Translations under genes and position numbers: made by a program
Assembly (NCBI GenBank): GCA_050175015.1
Contig: JBFXJJ010000001.1
Coordinates: 1-64,000 of the forward strand
Origin: Alphaproteobacteria bacterium
Lineage (GTDB): Bacteria > Pseudomonadota > Alphaproteobacteria > JBFXJJ01
DNA length: 64,000 bases
Direction of reading: 5' to 3'
Part shown: in pieces, positions 17,401 to 26,500 of the stretch
Position numbering within the stretch: position 1 is the stretch's first letter
How the letters are laid out: each line of letters opens with the position of its first letter
Notes under the pieces: model-generated
What the model saw: the letters and a program-made list of their open reading frames with translations, nothing else
Database searches by the model: none
What the model was told of the DNA's origin: nothing

Positions 17401-18641
17401 TGAGCCAATGCCATAGCCAAAGCTTTTGCTTGAGACTGCAGTGATTTATTTTGAGATTCAGCCAAGGCATCAGCTAAAGATCTTGATGATCTTTCTTGAG
17501 AATCAGCCAAAGCTTTAGCAAGCATCTCAGCTTGAGCCTGAGCCGCATCTTGCTGAGCTTTTGCCGTTTGAATTTGGGTTTCTTTCAAAGCATTTGCAAG
17601 AGCTTTGGCCTGCGCTTCTGCCTGCAAAATAGCTGTATCTTTTTGCGCCGAAGCTAAAGCATCAGCTACAACCCTTGCCATTTGCTCTTGAGTTGTACGC
17701 ATAGCATCAGCTAGCGCTTGAGCTTGAGCCCTAGCGCTAATTTCTGCGGTCTGGGTTTGCGCATCAACCAAAGATCGAACTAAAACTTGATAATCTAAAT
17801 TGCCTCCTGAAGATGCCGGTGCAGCAACAGCTGCTTGAGGTGCTGAGGCAGGTGCAGCTTGAACAGGAGCGGGAGGCAAAGCTTGAGTTGGAGGAGGTGC
17901 TGTCGCTGGCGGAGGAGAATAATATTGCGGAAAAGGAGATTGAATAATCGGCTGCATAATGGTCGGCATTTGCAGCATAGGCATTTTCGAAAACATCGCT
18001 TTTTGATATTCTGCCAAAGAACCTTCGTCCAAAGATTGCACCTCAGCTAAAGCACTTGTCTGTGTTTTTAACATCTCCTGCTGAGCTTTTTGGAGCTGTG
18101 TATTTAATGCCGAAATATCTTTTTGATTGCTGTTGGTTTGTTGAGCGCTGTTTAAGGCTCTCATCAAACTTTCAACCTGCTGCCTTGCAGCTTCTTGTGA
18201 CTGCCGATGAGCCATAGCCAACACTTCAGCCTGCTCTCTAGCTAATGTTCGAGCCTGTTCATATGATTTTTCAGCATTAAGTTCTTGAGCCTTAGTCATA
18301 GCATCAGCAATTACCCTTGCTTGGGCCTTTTCTGCTGCTGTTATTTCTACCTCTTCTTCTTCTTCGCCATTAATCATACCTTTTAAATCGTCAAGATATG
18401 ATTGAACCTCACTGCCTCCTGGAAGCTGGCTAAAGAACTCCCTTACCTCAGGAGAAGCCGCAATCAGCATATCATCATACGCCAACTGCTTCTCTTCACT
18501 GAAGACGTGCATCTGTCTAAAAATATTGATGAATCTTTGGGCTATGACAACAGGTTCTTCTGGCCCGCCTTTATCTCTTTTTGTCGGGTCCCTTATTTTT
18601 TTCTTTTTAATATTGTCACTAGGAGCTAAATTTCCGCTCAT
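14448..18641 (-). CDS. Large repetitive hypothetical protein (Ala/Gln helical repeats and Glu/Tyr acidic repeats)
   Basis: 1397 aa ORF; GGAG SD upstream; no signal peptide or TM segment seen. Confidence 0.85.
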   Translation of the reverse strand: MSGNLAPSDNIKKKKIRDPTKRDKGGPEEPVVIAQRFINIFRQMHVFSEEKQLAYDDMLIAASPEVREFFSQLPGGSEVQSYLDDLKGMINGEEEEEVEITAAEKAQARVIADAMTKAQELNAEKSYEQARTLAREQAEVLAMAHRQSQEAARQQVESLMRALNSAQQTNSNQKDISALNTQLQKAQQEMLKTQTSALAEVQSLDEGSLAEYQKAMFSKMPMLQMPTIMQPIIQSPFPQYYSPPPATAPPPTQALPPAPVQAAPASAPQAAVAAPASSGGNLDYQVLVRSLVDAQTQTAEISARAQAQALADAMRTTQEQMARVVADALASAQKDTAILQAEAQAKALANALKETQIQTAKAQQDAAQAQAEMLAKALADSQERSSRSLADALAESQNKSLQSQAKALAMALAQTQDLTAQTQAEALSVAMAEALNKSYEQNSKNQNMALAEALKITQEQTAEAQAAALSAALEKTQIKSGEIQTRALADALALTQEKTAENQAKILAGALEQSSTKTADAQIKAITEAMSLSQEKLSETQAKALSSVLEKTDKTAEVQAKALADALALTQEKALEAQQKTAEMQAKALADALEKTSGMNAEAQAHAMASALENQGKSVEAQIQALASAFKGKENSEVSLEEQASIIAKAIELSGIKPEEKTSKALYSQDENTSADNIAYEDGIVDFNEEYNDQQLEVPIEFDEQYIIGRAKELLQDAPETSLEEYSGDYAEEYGGEEYTEEYPATEEGYTEEDAYSEEGYAEETPVEDYEEAASEEGVYAEEGYEEYPEYEEYSEEYAEGETPEYVEETGEYTEELAPEATAEYSEDYTEEYGGEEYTEEYPAEGYEDYPATEGGYAEGYTEEGYTEEETYSEEGYTEETPVEDYEEAASEEGVYAEEGYEEYPEYEEYSEEGYTEEDAYSEEGYTEETPVEDYEEAASEEGVYAEEGYEEYPEYEEYAEEYAEGETPEYVEETGEYTEETAPEATAEYSEDYTEEYGGEEYTEEYPAEGYEDYPATEGGYAEGYTEEGYTEEETYSEEGYAEETPVEDYEEVASEEGVYAEEGYEEYPEYEEYSEDDLINEYIGEQTETAGYDRETAERMLYEKLKQKFENAINIEEEYPEEEGYYYEEAEATDSEYPEEEEYYYEEGEEAVAENSEEEGYYYEEAGEADSEYPAEEYYYEEGEEVSAENSEEEGYYYEEVEETSSNGSIEEEYSEETSDALVEEEYSYEEEPVISIDNIFWEDETYLNPYSVAKEEVIESTPEKHTKFSVPKIASVKLNALGEKLRKTKVVDEDEQDPYSSNILLMNLTKKDKNNLETNTLDPYSSRDNNDPVDDNTIYIAVNPNIVSLDKKVYQIKNKKIEKKVSSLEEPSILDFDSDGDTEEPYLIMDKKQA
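15410..16400. repeat. Near-perfect 495-bp tandem duplication containing nested ~147-bp units
   Basis: ttccgaatat recurs at 15411 and 15906; protein architecture (X-Y-X)x2. Confidence 0.92.
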
Positions 18642-18776
18642 TCAAACTCCATATTATAAACCTTTAAACATAGCAAAATATCCACACACACTTATCTATT
18701 AAACCATTAACAAATAAGGTTATAAAGTAATATATTGGAAATTAGTTAAACAAAGATTGTTTTTTAAAAATAATTT

Positions 18777-18815
18777 AAAAAAAAGCTCGGATATTTTGTT
18801 TTTTATCCGAGCTTT
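18777..18815 (-). terminator. Intrinsic terminator downstream of XRE regulator
   Basis: aaagctcggata...tatccgagcttt perfect stem plus A-run. Confidence 0.8.
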
Positions 18816-18836
18816 CGATTTTTCTAAAAGATTTTG

Positions 18837-19841
18837 TTAGCCAAGAGAAATCATAACAACTTTATGCAATGATGAAATTTTATTTTCATCAATAATAACT
18901 TTTTCGTCAGGATTCCACAATAAGCCATATAAAGAACCATCGGTTTCTTCTCTAACACTGATAACTTTGGCTTTATTCGGCTCAAAATAGTAAAGAGCGA
19001 TATCACCTAAAGAAACCATTTGAGTTGGATCAACATGTAGAATTGATCTTGTTGGCAAAATATTGCCTAAACGTCTTGTGCAAAGGTTAACACAATAAGC
19101 ACCCGCTTTTTTAGCAAGTTCTGGAAGCGTTTTTTGCTCGCCAATATTAGCTTCTTTATCAATTAAAATAGCTCCGTTCTCAATTGGCTTGCCATATACT
19201 TTTAAAAGATATTCTTTTTTATCTGTATGCAAGAAGCCCCTGCCAGCCAAAAGTTCAGCATAACTGCCTCTTGGAGCTGAAACTGGACGATATCTGGCAT
19301 CTGTTCTTTGAATAAGCTCTTTTAAAACTCCAGACTCATCAAGGCGTTTAATTTCCCTTTTAAGTTCATCAACCGACATTTCAAGAGCAACAGCCATATT
19401 GTCAAATTCTTCATCGGTAACTTCACGTTGCCCCATTTCAATACGGTGGTAAACAGAAAGCGTCATATTTGACTTTTCAGCAACATCTACCAAGGTCATT
19501 TCTTTTAAATTTCGAATCTGGCGAAGACCTGCTCCAAGAATTTTGAGACCGCCTTTTTCATTAATGCTGCAACGCCTCTCCTGCTCTTTTCTCCAAGCTT
19601 GGACAACATCAGGCTGTGAGCTTTCTTCATTAACAAAAATATCTTGTAAAGGACAATCAAGAAATTCTGCAACTTTCATAAGTTGTTCCTGATCCAGGCG
19701 TCTGTAGCCTTTTTCAATTTTACTGATAGCAGACAAACTAACATTCAAACAATCTGCTAGCTCTTGCATAGTGCGCCCTCTGATTCGGCGATACATTCTA
19801 ATTTGGTTAGGAAAGACTATCTCTTCCATGGCTAAATCCAC
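18837..19841 (-). CDS. XRE-family transcriptional regulator with two HTH domains and a C-terminal beta (S24-like) domain
   Basis: TMQELADCLNVSLSAISKIEKG and TLVDVAEKSNMTLSVYHRIEMG HTH_3 motifs. Confidence 0.85.
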   Translation of the reverse strand: MDLAMEEIVFPNQIRMYRRIRGRTMQELADCLNVSLSAISKIEKGYRRLDQEQLMKVAEFLDCPLQDIFVNEESSQPDVVQAWRKEQERRCSINEKGGLKILGAGLRQIRNLKEMTLVDVAEKSNMTLSVYHRIEMGQREVTDEEFDNMAVALEMSVDELKREIKRLDESGVLKELIQRTDARYRPVSAPRGSYAELLAGRGFLHTDKKEYLLKVYGKPIENGAILIDKEANIGEQKTLPELAKKAGAYCVNLCTRRLGNILPTRSILHVDPTQMVSLGDIALYYFEPNKAKVISVREETDGSLYGLLWNPDEKVIIDENKISSLHKVVMISLG

Positions 19842-19883
19842 TTTATAAATTTTAACAAAAACGTCATAATATTTTTATATAGT

Positions 19884-19911
19884 TTTTTTATATAGATTGC
19901 TATATAAAAAA
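19884..19911. promoter_or_regulatory. 12-bp inverted repeat, candidate operator
   Basis: ttttttatatag-attg-ctatataaaaaa in the divergent intergenic region next to the XRE gene. Confidence 0.45.
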
Positions 19912-20088
19912 TCAATATATAGTGTTTTAATTCTCTATTAATCAAAAAAATTAAGCACAAAATTGATTATATTTATAATACTAAAAGACCTTTAAGCAAG
20001 ATAAAAACTAATATGTCTTAGCTTTTTTAATAATTATTAACAGCATTAATATCTTCCTGTAAGATTTAACCTAAATAAAGTAACAACT

Positions 20089-20982
20089 ATGTTTTTTGAA
20101 ACTGCTCAAATTTATGCCAATCCCTATTTATTGTTTTTTACCGCTTTTATAATATCAACGTTTACCTCTATGGGTGGTGTTTCTGGCGCCTTTTTAATTC
20201 TTCCTTTTCAAATGTCAATTTTGGGATATACTGCACCTTCTGTAAGTGCGACTAACCAATTTTACAATGTTATAGCTATTCCCAGTGGCGTTTATCGTTA
20301 TTGGCGTGAAAAAAGAATGATATGGTCTTTAGCCTTTTTCATTAGTTTAGCAACTCTGCCTGGGATTTTCATTGGAGCCTATATTAGGGTTAGTTTTTTG
20401 CCAGATCCTACTTTGTTTAAATTTTTTGCAGGATTAGTCCTTTTTTACATTGGCTCAAAATTATCAAAAGATATCTGGCAAACTAAGGGACAACCTCTTA
20501 AAAGCGGCAATAAAAATGCTGTAACCGTTGTAAAAACAGTGTCTTTTAAAGAAATTTCATACGATTATGATGCAACCGTTTATCATATTTCAACAATGGC
20601 TCTGTCTTTAGTCTGTTTTACTGTGGGCATTGTTGGGGGAACTTATGGCATTGGAGGCGGAGCTATAATTGCACCTATTCTTGTTTCTTTTTTTAAACTT
20701 CCTGTTCACTCAATTGCCAGCTCAGCATTATTTGCAACATTTACAACTTCTGTTTTTGGTGTAGCTTTTTATCAAAGCTTGGCATCTTTTTATAATCTAC
20801 CTAATGTAGCCCCTGACTTTAAACTCGGTTTCTTTTTGGGTTTAGGAGGAATAGCTGGTATGTATCTTGGCGCAAGATTACAAAAATTCTTTCCTGCTCA
20901 TATAATCAAAATAATGTTAGCAAGTTTTATTACTTTTATTGCTTTAAGTTATATTTGGAATTTTATAAAAGCTTTTTTATAA
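20089..20982 (+). CDS. TauE/SafE (TSUP) family sulfite exporter-like membrane protein
   Basis: GGVSGAFLILP and GGTYGIGGGAIIAP duplicated TSUP motifs. Confidence 0.88.
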   Translation: MFFETAQIYANPYLLFFTAFIISTFTSMGGVSGAFLILPFQMSILGYTAPSVSATNQFYNVIAIPSGVYRYWREKRMIWSLAFFISLATLPGIFIGAYIRVSFLPDPTLFKFFAGLVLFYIGSKLSKDIWQTKGQPLKSGNKNAVTVVKTVSFKEISYDYDATVYHISTMALSLVCFTVGIVGGTYGIGGGAIIAPILVSFFKLPVHSIASSALFATFTTSVFGVAFYQSLASFYNLPNVAPDFKLGFFLGLGGIAGMYLGARLQKFFPAHIIKIMLASFITFIALSYIWNFIKAFL

Positions 20983-21702
20983 AAACTGCTCGGTTTCTTT
21001 GCGGAGTTTGTTGCTGTTTGTTTCAATTTCTTCTTCCAGCTTTTTCATAAAATTTCTTTTATCCATTCCAACATCAATTGGTTTTAAAAACTCAATAATA
21101 ATTTTGCCTTTCTTTTTGATAAAAGAACGCTTTGGCCAAAACAACCCAGAATTAAGAGCAACAGGAACAACGGGAACATTACAAGCCGAATAAATTAAAG
21201 CTATTCCTGGTTGGTAATCAGGGGAAGCATCAGGCATACGTCTTGTCCCTTCTGGAAAAATAATAACTTGATTGTTTTTTCCTAACGCTTTTTTACAACC
21301 ATTAAGCATCTTTTTCATAGCTTTGCCGCCAGCTTTTCTATCAATACCAATACAGCCTGATTTAGCCAAGCTCCAACCAAAAAGAGGAACCATCAAAAGT
21401 TCTCTTTTTAAAACATAAACACAGCGCTTTAATATCGTATGAAAAAAGAATGTTTCCATTGCTGACTGATGTTTGCTCGCAATTATAGCTCCTGTTTGCG
21501 GAATATTTTCCACGCCTCTAATTTCTAAATCAATTCCTGCCACCTTACGCATACAAAACAGGATTATTTTGCAGCAAAAATAAGTTGCTTTAATGGTAAA
21601 ATATGGCGGCATAATATAAAGAATTATGAAAGTAACCGATGCTATAGCCAAACAGCAATAGTAACAAAAATTAAAAGCTAAAGACCGAATAATATTTATC
21701 AT
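20977..21702 (-). CDS. plsC: 1-acyl-sn-glycerol-3-phosphate acyltransferase
   Basis: KHQSAMET and IIFPEGTR acyltransferase motifs. Confidence 0.9.
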   Translation of the reverse strand: MINIIRSLAFNFCYYCCLAIASVTFIILYIMPPYFTIKATYFCCKIILFCMRKVAGIDLEIRGVENIPQTGAIIASKHQSAMETFFFHTILKRCVYVLKRELLMVPLFGWSLAKSGCIGIDRKAGGKAMKKMLNGCKKALGKNNQVIIFPEGTRRMPDASPDYQPGIALIYSACNVPVVPVALNSGLFWPKRSFIKKKGKIIIEFLKPIDVGMDKRNFMKKLEEEIETNSNKLRKETEQFL

Positions 21703-21708
21703 TTAAAC

Positions 21709-22296
21709 TCACTTAAACAAAAAATACTTTATTTTTACTGCTGTAAATTTTAAGTATTCCATTATAACCAATGTTGTTGCTCCAGACCAAGTCCACCATT
21801 TATTACGGTTCATATTCTCTGAAAAAACAGGATATTCATAAATTGTTATTTGCGGCATAACTTCTTTTAGCTCTAAATAACTTCTAGGCATATGGTAAGA
21901 TGATGTAACTAAAATAATCTTATTAAAATTATGGCTTAAAACCCAAGATGCTGTTTCTTTTGCATTTTCTTTGGTGTTAGTTGCCTCATAACCAACCTCG
22001 ATTTTATTATAAATCTTAGTGTCAGGTTTATCTATCTGCTTTAAAACTTCATCCAAACTTACGTTTTTATTAACCCCTGAAATAAAAAGTTTTCCAGCAT
22101 ATCCTTGTTCTAAAAGATTAACTGCGGTTTTAATCCTATCACTTCCGCCAGTAAATGTTATGATTGCATCAACTTTGTTTATATTAGCAGCATCTCCTGT
22201 TTTAGAAACAAGCATTGAAAACTTGCCAAAATCGAAAGCTAAAATCGCCGTTAATATTAAAAAAACCCAAAAATGACTTCTAAAAAACTTTTTCAT
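21709..22296 (-). CDS. YdcF/DUF218 family protein
   Basis: TGGSDRI, TNTKENA, LVTSSYHMPRS and EYLK motifs; start moved to the ATG at 22296, which overlaps the ftsX stop (TAATG). Confidence 0.88.
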   Translation of the reverse strand: MKKFFRSHFWVFLILTAILAFDFGKFSMLVSKTGDAANINKVDAIITFTGGSDRIKTAVNLLEQGYAGKLFISGVNKNVSLDEVLKQIDKPDTKIYNKIEVGYEATNTKENAKETASWVLSHNFNKIILVTSSYHMPRSYLELKEVMPQITIYEYPVFSENMNRNKWWTWSGATTLVIMEYLKFTAVKIKYFLFK

Positions 22297-23216
22297 TAAA
22301 GCATCCTTAAAAGATCTCTCTGAACTGTAAAATATGCTGTAAGCATTGAAAGTATAGCTGTTGAAACTGGAACAGCTATAATAACAAACCATTCATCTCT
22401 CTCCAAATTAAGAGCAGAAAGTGCTCCTCCTCCAAGATTAAAGGCCAAAGAGCCAATAAACATCAATGCTGGCGCAGCTATTACAAAACCAAAAAAACCA
22501 CCAATAACCGCTAAAAAAAACGTTCTTTTAGCATACTGCATAGAGACATAAGAATCCTTTGCTCCAATAAGATGTAAAAGATTTATAACAGGTTTATGGA
22601 CAACTAAGCTTGTCCTAGTTGCATAAACCACGGTAAAAACGGTAGCTCCTATAATTAAATAAAGTGCAATAAACGATAAAATTTTAAGGCTCCCAACCAA
22701 CTTGGTTAAACGTTTAGTCCATATTCTGTGGTCGTCCAATACGGCTTCTGGAAGGTGTTTTTTTAAATTTTTATCAATTTCTTCTATCGTTTCAGGACTG
22801 TTATTCTTTATTTTAACATCTATAAGCTTTGGCATTGGAATATCTTCCATTATATCAGCAGAACCAAGCCAAGGCTCTAATAATTTTTTAATTTCTTCGT
22901 TATCAAGAGCTCTTGCATTTATCACATTTTTATTTTCACGTAGAACAATCAGAGCCGTGTCCACTTTAGTTTCCATGGTATCAACATTATCACGTATGTT
23001 ATCCGTCTTTTTATCAAGAGACGGCACTATCTGTACCGTTATAGAACCTGATATGCTTTTGTTCCAATGGCTTGTCATAGAATTTATTGCCATTACGACC
23101 CCTAAAGAAAGAGTTGCCATAAAAACCATAAAAACCATCATAAGTGGCAAAAACATTGTTGATGTATCTTTAGCAAACGGCGAGTTGCTTTTTTTAGTTA
23201 AGAACTTAACAATCAT
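22296..23216 (-). CDS. ftsX: Cell division permease FtsX
   Basis: 1 TM + periplasmic domain + 3 TM; LLHLIGAKDSYV; directly downstream of ftsE. Confidence 0.88.
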   Translation of the reverse strand: MIVKFLTKKSNSPFAKDTSTMFLPLMMVFMVFMATLSLGVVMAINSMTSHWNKSISGSITVQIVPSLDKKTDNIRDNVDTMETKVDTALIVLRENKNVINARALDNEEIKKLLEPWLGSADIMEDIPMPKLIDVKIKNNSPETIEEIDKNLKKHLPEAVLDDHRIWTKRLTKLVGSLKILSFIALYLIIGATVFTVVYATRTSLVVHKPVINLLHLIGAKDSYVSMQYAKRTFFLAVIGGFFGFVIAAPALMFIGSLAFNLGGGALSALNLERDEWFVIIAVPVSTAILSMLTAYFTVQRDLLRML

Positions 23217-23932
23217 AAAGTTTCTCCAAAATCAGCCGTCATTGGCGGCAGAATTTTTAGCCTGCCCGAAGATAAATGCAGTCTTGGAAAATTAAATTTT
23301 CTAATAATTTCTTCACTATGGGTTGCAATAACTATTGTCGTTCCAAGTCTGTTTAACTCTACAAAAAAACGCATCAACCTAGTTGCCATTTTAGAATCAA
23401 CGTTACCTGTAGGCTCGTCGGCCAGCAGAATATCAGGACGATTAATTACAGCCCTTGCAATAGCCACTCTTTGCTGCTGTCCACCTGCCATCGTTGGCGG
23501 TTTAGCATTAAGATGATTTTCCAGCCCTACCCAAGATAAAAGTTCCGTTACCTGATTGTTGATTTCTTCTTCCCTCATACCAGCAACCCTCAACGGCAAA
23601 GCAACATTTTCTACCGCCGTCAAATGGTCAAGCAATCTAAAATCCTGAAACACGACTCCTATCCGCCGCCTTATTTCAAAAAGCTCTTTTCTTTTGGCGG
23701 CACTGGTATTGGTGCCAAAAACGTTGATTTGCCCTCTTGTTGGCTTTAATGCGAGATACATAAGGCTTAAAAGTGAACTTTTTCCTGCACCGCTTTCTCC
23801 TGTCAGAAAATAGAAAGAACCCTTTTCAAGTGAAAACCTGATTTCTTTAAGGATCTCAGGTCCCTGCCCATAACGCAGACCAACACCTAAAAACTCCATT
23901 ATATTTTGTGAAAGATGATGGTTTGTACCCAC
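23213..23932 (-). CDS. ftsE: Cell division ATP-binding protein FtsE
   Basis: Walker A GESGAGKS, RRRIGVVFQDFRLL, LLADEPTGNVD. Confidence 0.92.
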   Translation of the reverse strand: MGTNHHLSQNIMEFLGVGLRYGQGPEILKEIRFSLEKGSFYFLTGESGAGKSSLLSLMYLALKPTRGQINVFGTNTSAAKRKELFEIRRRIGVVFQDFRLLDHLTAVENVALPLRVAGMREEEINNQVTELLSWVGLENHLNAKPPTMAGGQQQRVAIARAVINRPDILLADEPTGNVDSKMATRLMRFFVELNRLGTTIVIATHSEEIIRKFNFPRLHLSSGRLKILPPMTADFGETL

Positions 23933-24108
23933 GTTTTTTTACCCTAAAATAATCTTTTCAAATTTTAATTAACATATATATCATTTATAATTTAATTATG
24001 ATTATAACTTTAAAATTTTAAATGTTTATTGTTTAGTATAACTTGTTTTGTTTGGCATAAAACTTTATAAACGGTATTTATAATAATTTCTATAATAAAG
24101 CGTAAAAT

Positions 24109-25137
24109 ATGATTATTAGCTGTCCCAAATGTAAAACGACCTACAAACTTGACAAGGCTCTTCTTGATGAAGATGGCCGTAAAGTTAAGTGTTCTAAATG
24201 TGGTCATATTTGGATTCAAGACTTATTTTCCGCAGAACTTACGACACAAAAATTTTCAAAAAAAACTAAGCTGGTAAATAATTTTTTTAAGAATGCTCCT
24301 AAAAAAACACCAAAACCAAAACCTATCACTATTCCTTCTTATGAACCTGAGCCTTCTTATAAACCAGATTTTGACAACATTAAAAAATTAGCTTCAGATA
24401 ATAATGATTCCGTTATTTTGAAAGATAAACCAGAACTCAAGCCAAAATCCAAAGGCTTAGATTGGATTGTAACAGAATCTACTATTAAAGAAGAAAAACA
24501 CGTTAAAGAAAACAAAGCGGAACGAGAATCAAGACCAATTATAGCTATTAATAATTTTGAACCCGATGTCGAAGAAAACAAGAATATTGCCGATGTTGCC
24601 GAAGAATTGGAGTTAAAACTAAGCTTTATTAAAGAAGAGCCTGAAGTCTATACTATTCCTGAAGTGCCTAAAGATGATTTAGCCATTCTAATTAACAAAA
24701 ACAAACGAGCTTTTAAACGGCATCTTTTGACTATTTTTACTATTTTTACGGTAAGCTTTTTATGGTTCTCACGTTTTCAAATTGTCGAACTTTACCCTCA
24801 AGCAAGGACTTTTTATAATTTGCTAAATATCAAATCAGTAAAAATTGGGGAAGGGCTTGATTTTAAAAATATTACTAGAAGAAAAATTCAAGAAAATGAT
24901 GCTGTCTTTTTAGATATAAGAGGATATGTTTTCAACGTATCCCTAGAAAAACGCAAAGTTCCTAATGTCGAAGTCCAGCTTTATGATGAAAATGGCAAAT
25001 TTCTAGCTCGGAATTTTAACAAACCAGATGCTGCCGAATTAGAACCAACTTACTCAACAGCCTTTGTCGTAAGGGTTAGCAATCCTCCAAAAGAATCTGC
25101 TTTTCTTATCGTTACTTTCAGAGAAAGAGGAACTTAA
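24109..25137 (+). CDS. MJ0042-type zinc-ribbon / DUF3426 membrane protein
   Basis: CPKC...VKCSKCGHIW N-terminus, single TM, C-terminal beta domain; divergent from ftsE as in many alphaproteobacteria. Confidence 0.85.
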   Translation: MIISCPKCKTTYKLDKALLDEDGRKVKCSKCGHIWIQDLFSAELTTQKFSKKTKLVNNFFKNAPKKTPKPKPITIPSYEPEPSYKPDFDNIKKLASDNNDSVILKDKPELKPKSKGLDWIVTESTIKEEKHVKENKAERESRPIIAINNFEPDVEENKNIADVAEELELKLSFIKEEPEVYTIPEVPKDDLAILINKNKRAFKRHLLTIFTIFTVSFLWFSRFQIVELYPQARTFYNLLNIKSVKIGEGLDFKNITRRKIQENDAVFLDIRGYVFNVSLEKRKVPNVEVQLYDENGKFLARNFNKPDAAELEPTYSTAFVVRVSNPPKESAFLIVTFRERGT

Positions 25138-25256
25138 AAAAGCTCTAGCTTTTTACCCTAAATTTTCAATTATTCGAGCTGCTCCTTGCGTATTGCCTAG
25201 CCAAATGAGCAACTGAAGTGGACACGTTTAAACGCCAGATATTCTAAACAAAAAAA

Positions 25257-26414
25257 CTAATCTTTAAGTTTCTCAAAACCCTTTTTGATATCATCAATTA
25301 AATCATCAGGATCATCTAGCCCAACGTGAATTCTGACGACAGCTCCATCATACCGCCACGTGGTTGCTGTTCTTGGAGGTTTGCCAACAGCTAAAGCTAA
25401 GCTTTCATAACCACCCCAGCTAAAACCTATGCCAAAATGTGTTAAGCTGTTAATAAAATCGGCTGTCTTTTCCTTATCATCGGTTTTAAGCACAAAAGAA
25501 AACAAACCACTAGCACCTGTAAAATCTCTCTGCCATATTTTATGACCTTCATTAGATGCTAAAGCAGGATACAAAACTTTTGAAACCTCAGGACAAGCCT
25601 CCAACCAAGTTGCAACTTTAAGCGCATTTTCTTGATGCTGCTGCAATCTTATTTTAAGCGTTCTAAGTCCTCTAAGTCCAAGCCAAGCTTCTTCTGAACC
25701 AATGGTTTCTCCAAAAGCAAAAACTGTTTCCTGCATTTTGGCTGCGGCCTTTTCTGTGGCAGAAGCAACGCCAAGCATTGCATCGGAGTGTCCTATAATA
25801 TACTTGGTTCCAGCTTGAATTGTAACATCGACCCCGTGTTTCAAAGAGTTAAAATATAACGGTGATGCCCAAGTATTATCCATAATTACCCAAGCTCCTT
25901 TTTTATGAGCTTCGTTCGCAATCGCTGGAATATCCTGCATCTCAAAGGTTTGAGAACAAGGAGATTCTACAAAAACCACCTTAGTTTTATTAGTCATTAA
26001 ACTAGAAATATCCCGACCAATAAGAGGATCATAATAAATCGTCTTTATTCCCATTTTAGTTAAGAATTTGTCGCAAAACAATCGAGTTGGAACATAGACA
26101 CTATCAACCATCAAAAGTTCATCTCCAGGTTCCAAAAAAGCCATAAGACTATGAGAAATAGCTGATAAACCAGAAGAAAAAGCAAACGATTTACAAGCCC
26201 CTTCAATTTCAGCAATAGCCTCTTCAAACGCTCTAACTGTAGGATTACCGTGTCTTCCATAAATTCTAGCATCTGCCCCCTTAGTCATTTCCTGTTCTAA
26301 CTCTGCCGTATTTTTAAACAACAATGTAGAACAGCGATAAGGAGGAACATTTACAACTCCCTTATGCGCAAAAGGATTACGACCAGCGGAGATTAAAATA
26401 CTATCAGTTTTCAT
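25257..26414 (-). CDS. metC: Cystathionine beta-lyase
   Basis: YGRHGNP, DNTWA, AGTKYIIGHSD (PLP Lys), FSWGGYESL. Confidence 0.92.
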   Translation of the reverse strand: MKTDSILISAGRNPFAHKGVVNVPPYRCSTLLFKNTAELEQEMTKGADARIYGRHGNPTVRAFEEAIAEIEGACKSFAFSSGLSAISHSLMAFLEPGDELLMVDSVYVPTRLFCDKFLTKMGIKTIYYDPLIGRDISSLMTNKTKVVFVESPCSQTFEMQDIPAIANEAHKKGAWVIMDNTWASPLYFNSLKHGVDVTIQAGTKYIIGHSDAMLGVASATEKAAAKMQETVFAFGETIGSEEAWLGLRGLRTLKIRLQQHQENALKVATWLEACPEVSKVLYPALASNEGHKIWQRDFTGASGLFSFVLKTDDKEKTADFINSLTHFGIGFSWGGYESLALAVGKPPRTATTWRYDGAVVRIHVGLDDPDDLIDDIKKGFEKLKD

Positions 26415-26500
26415 AATTGCTTTCTCTTTAAAAATTTTGATGGTTTTCTATGATATGAATAAAAAAAGAAACTAGCCCAAAGAACTTTGAACTAGCTTCT

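Noticed and set aside
18837-19841. Prophage repressor marking a prophage
   Set aside because: No phage structural, integrase or replication genes nearby.
22702-23295. 197 aa plus-strand ORF
   Set aside because: Antisense to the well-supported ftsX/ftsE genes, with no recognisable motif.
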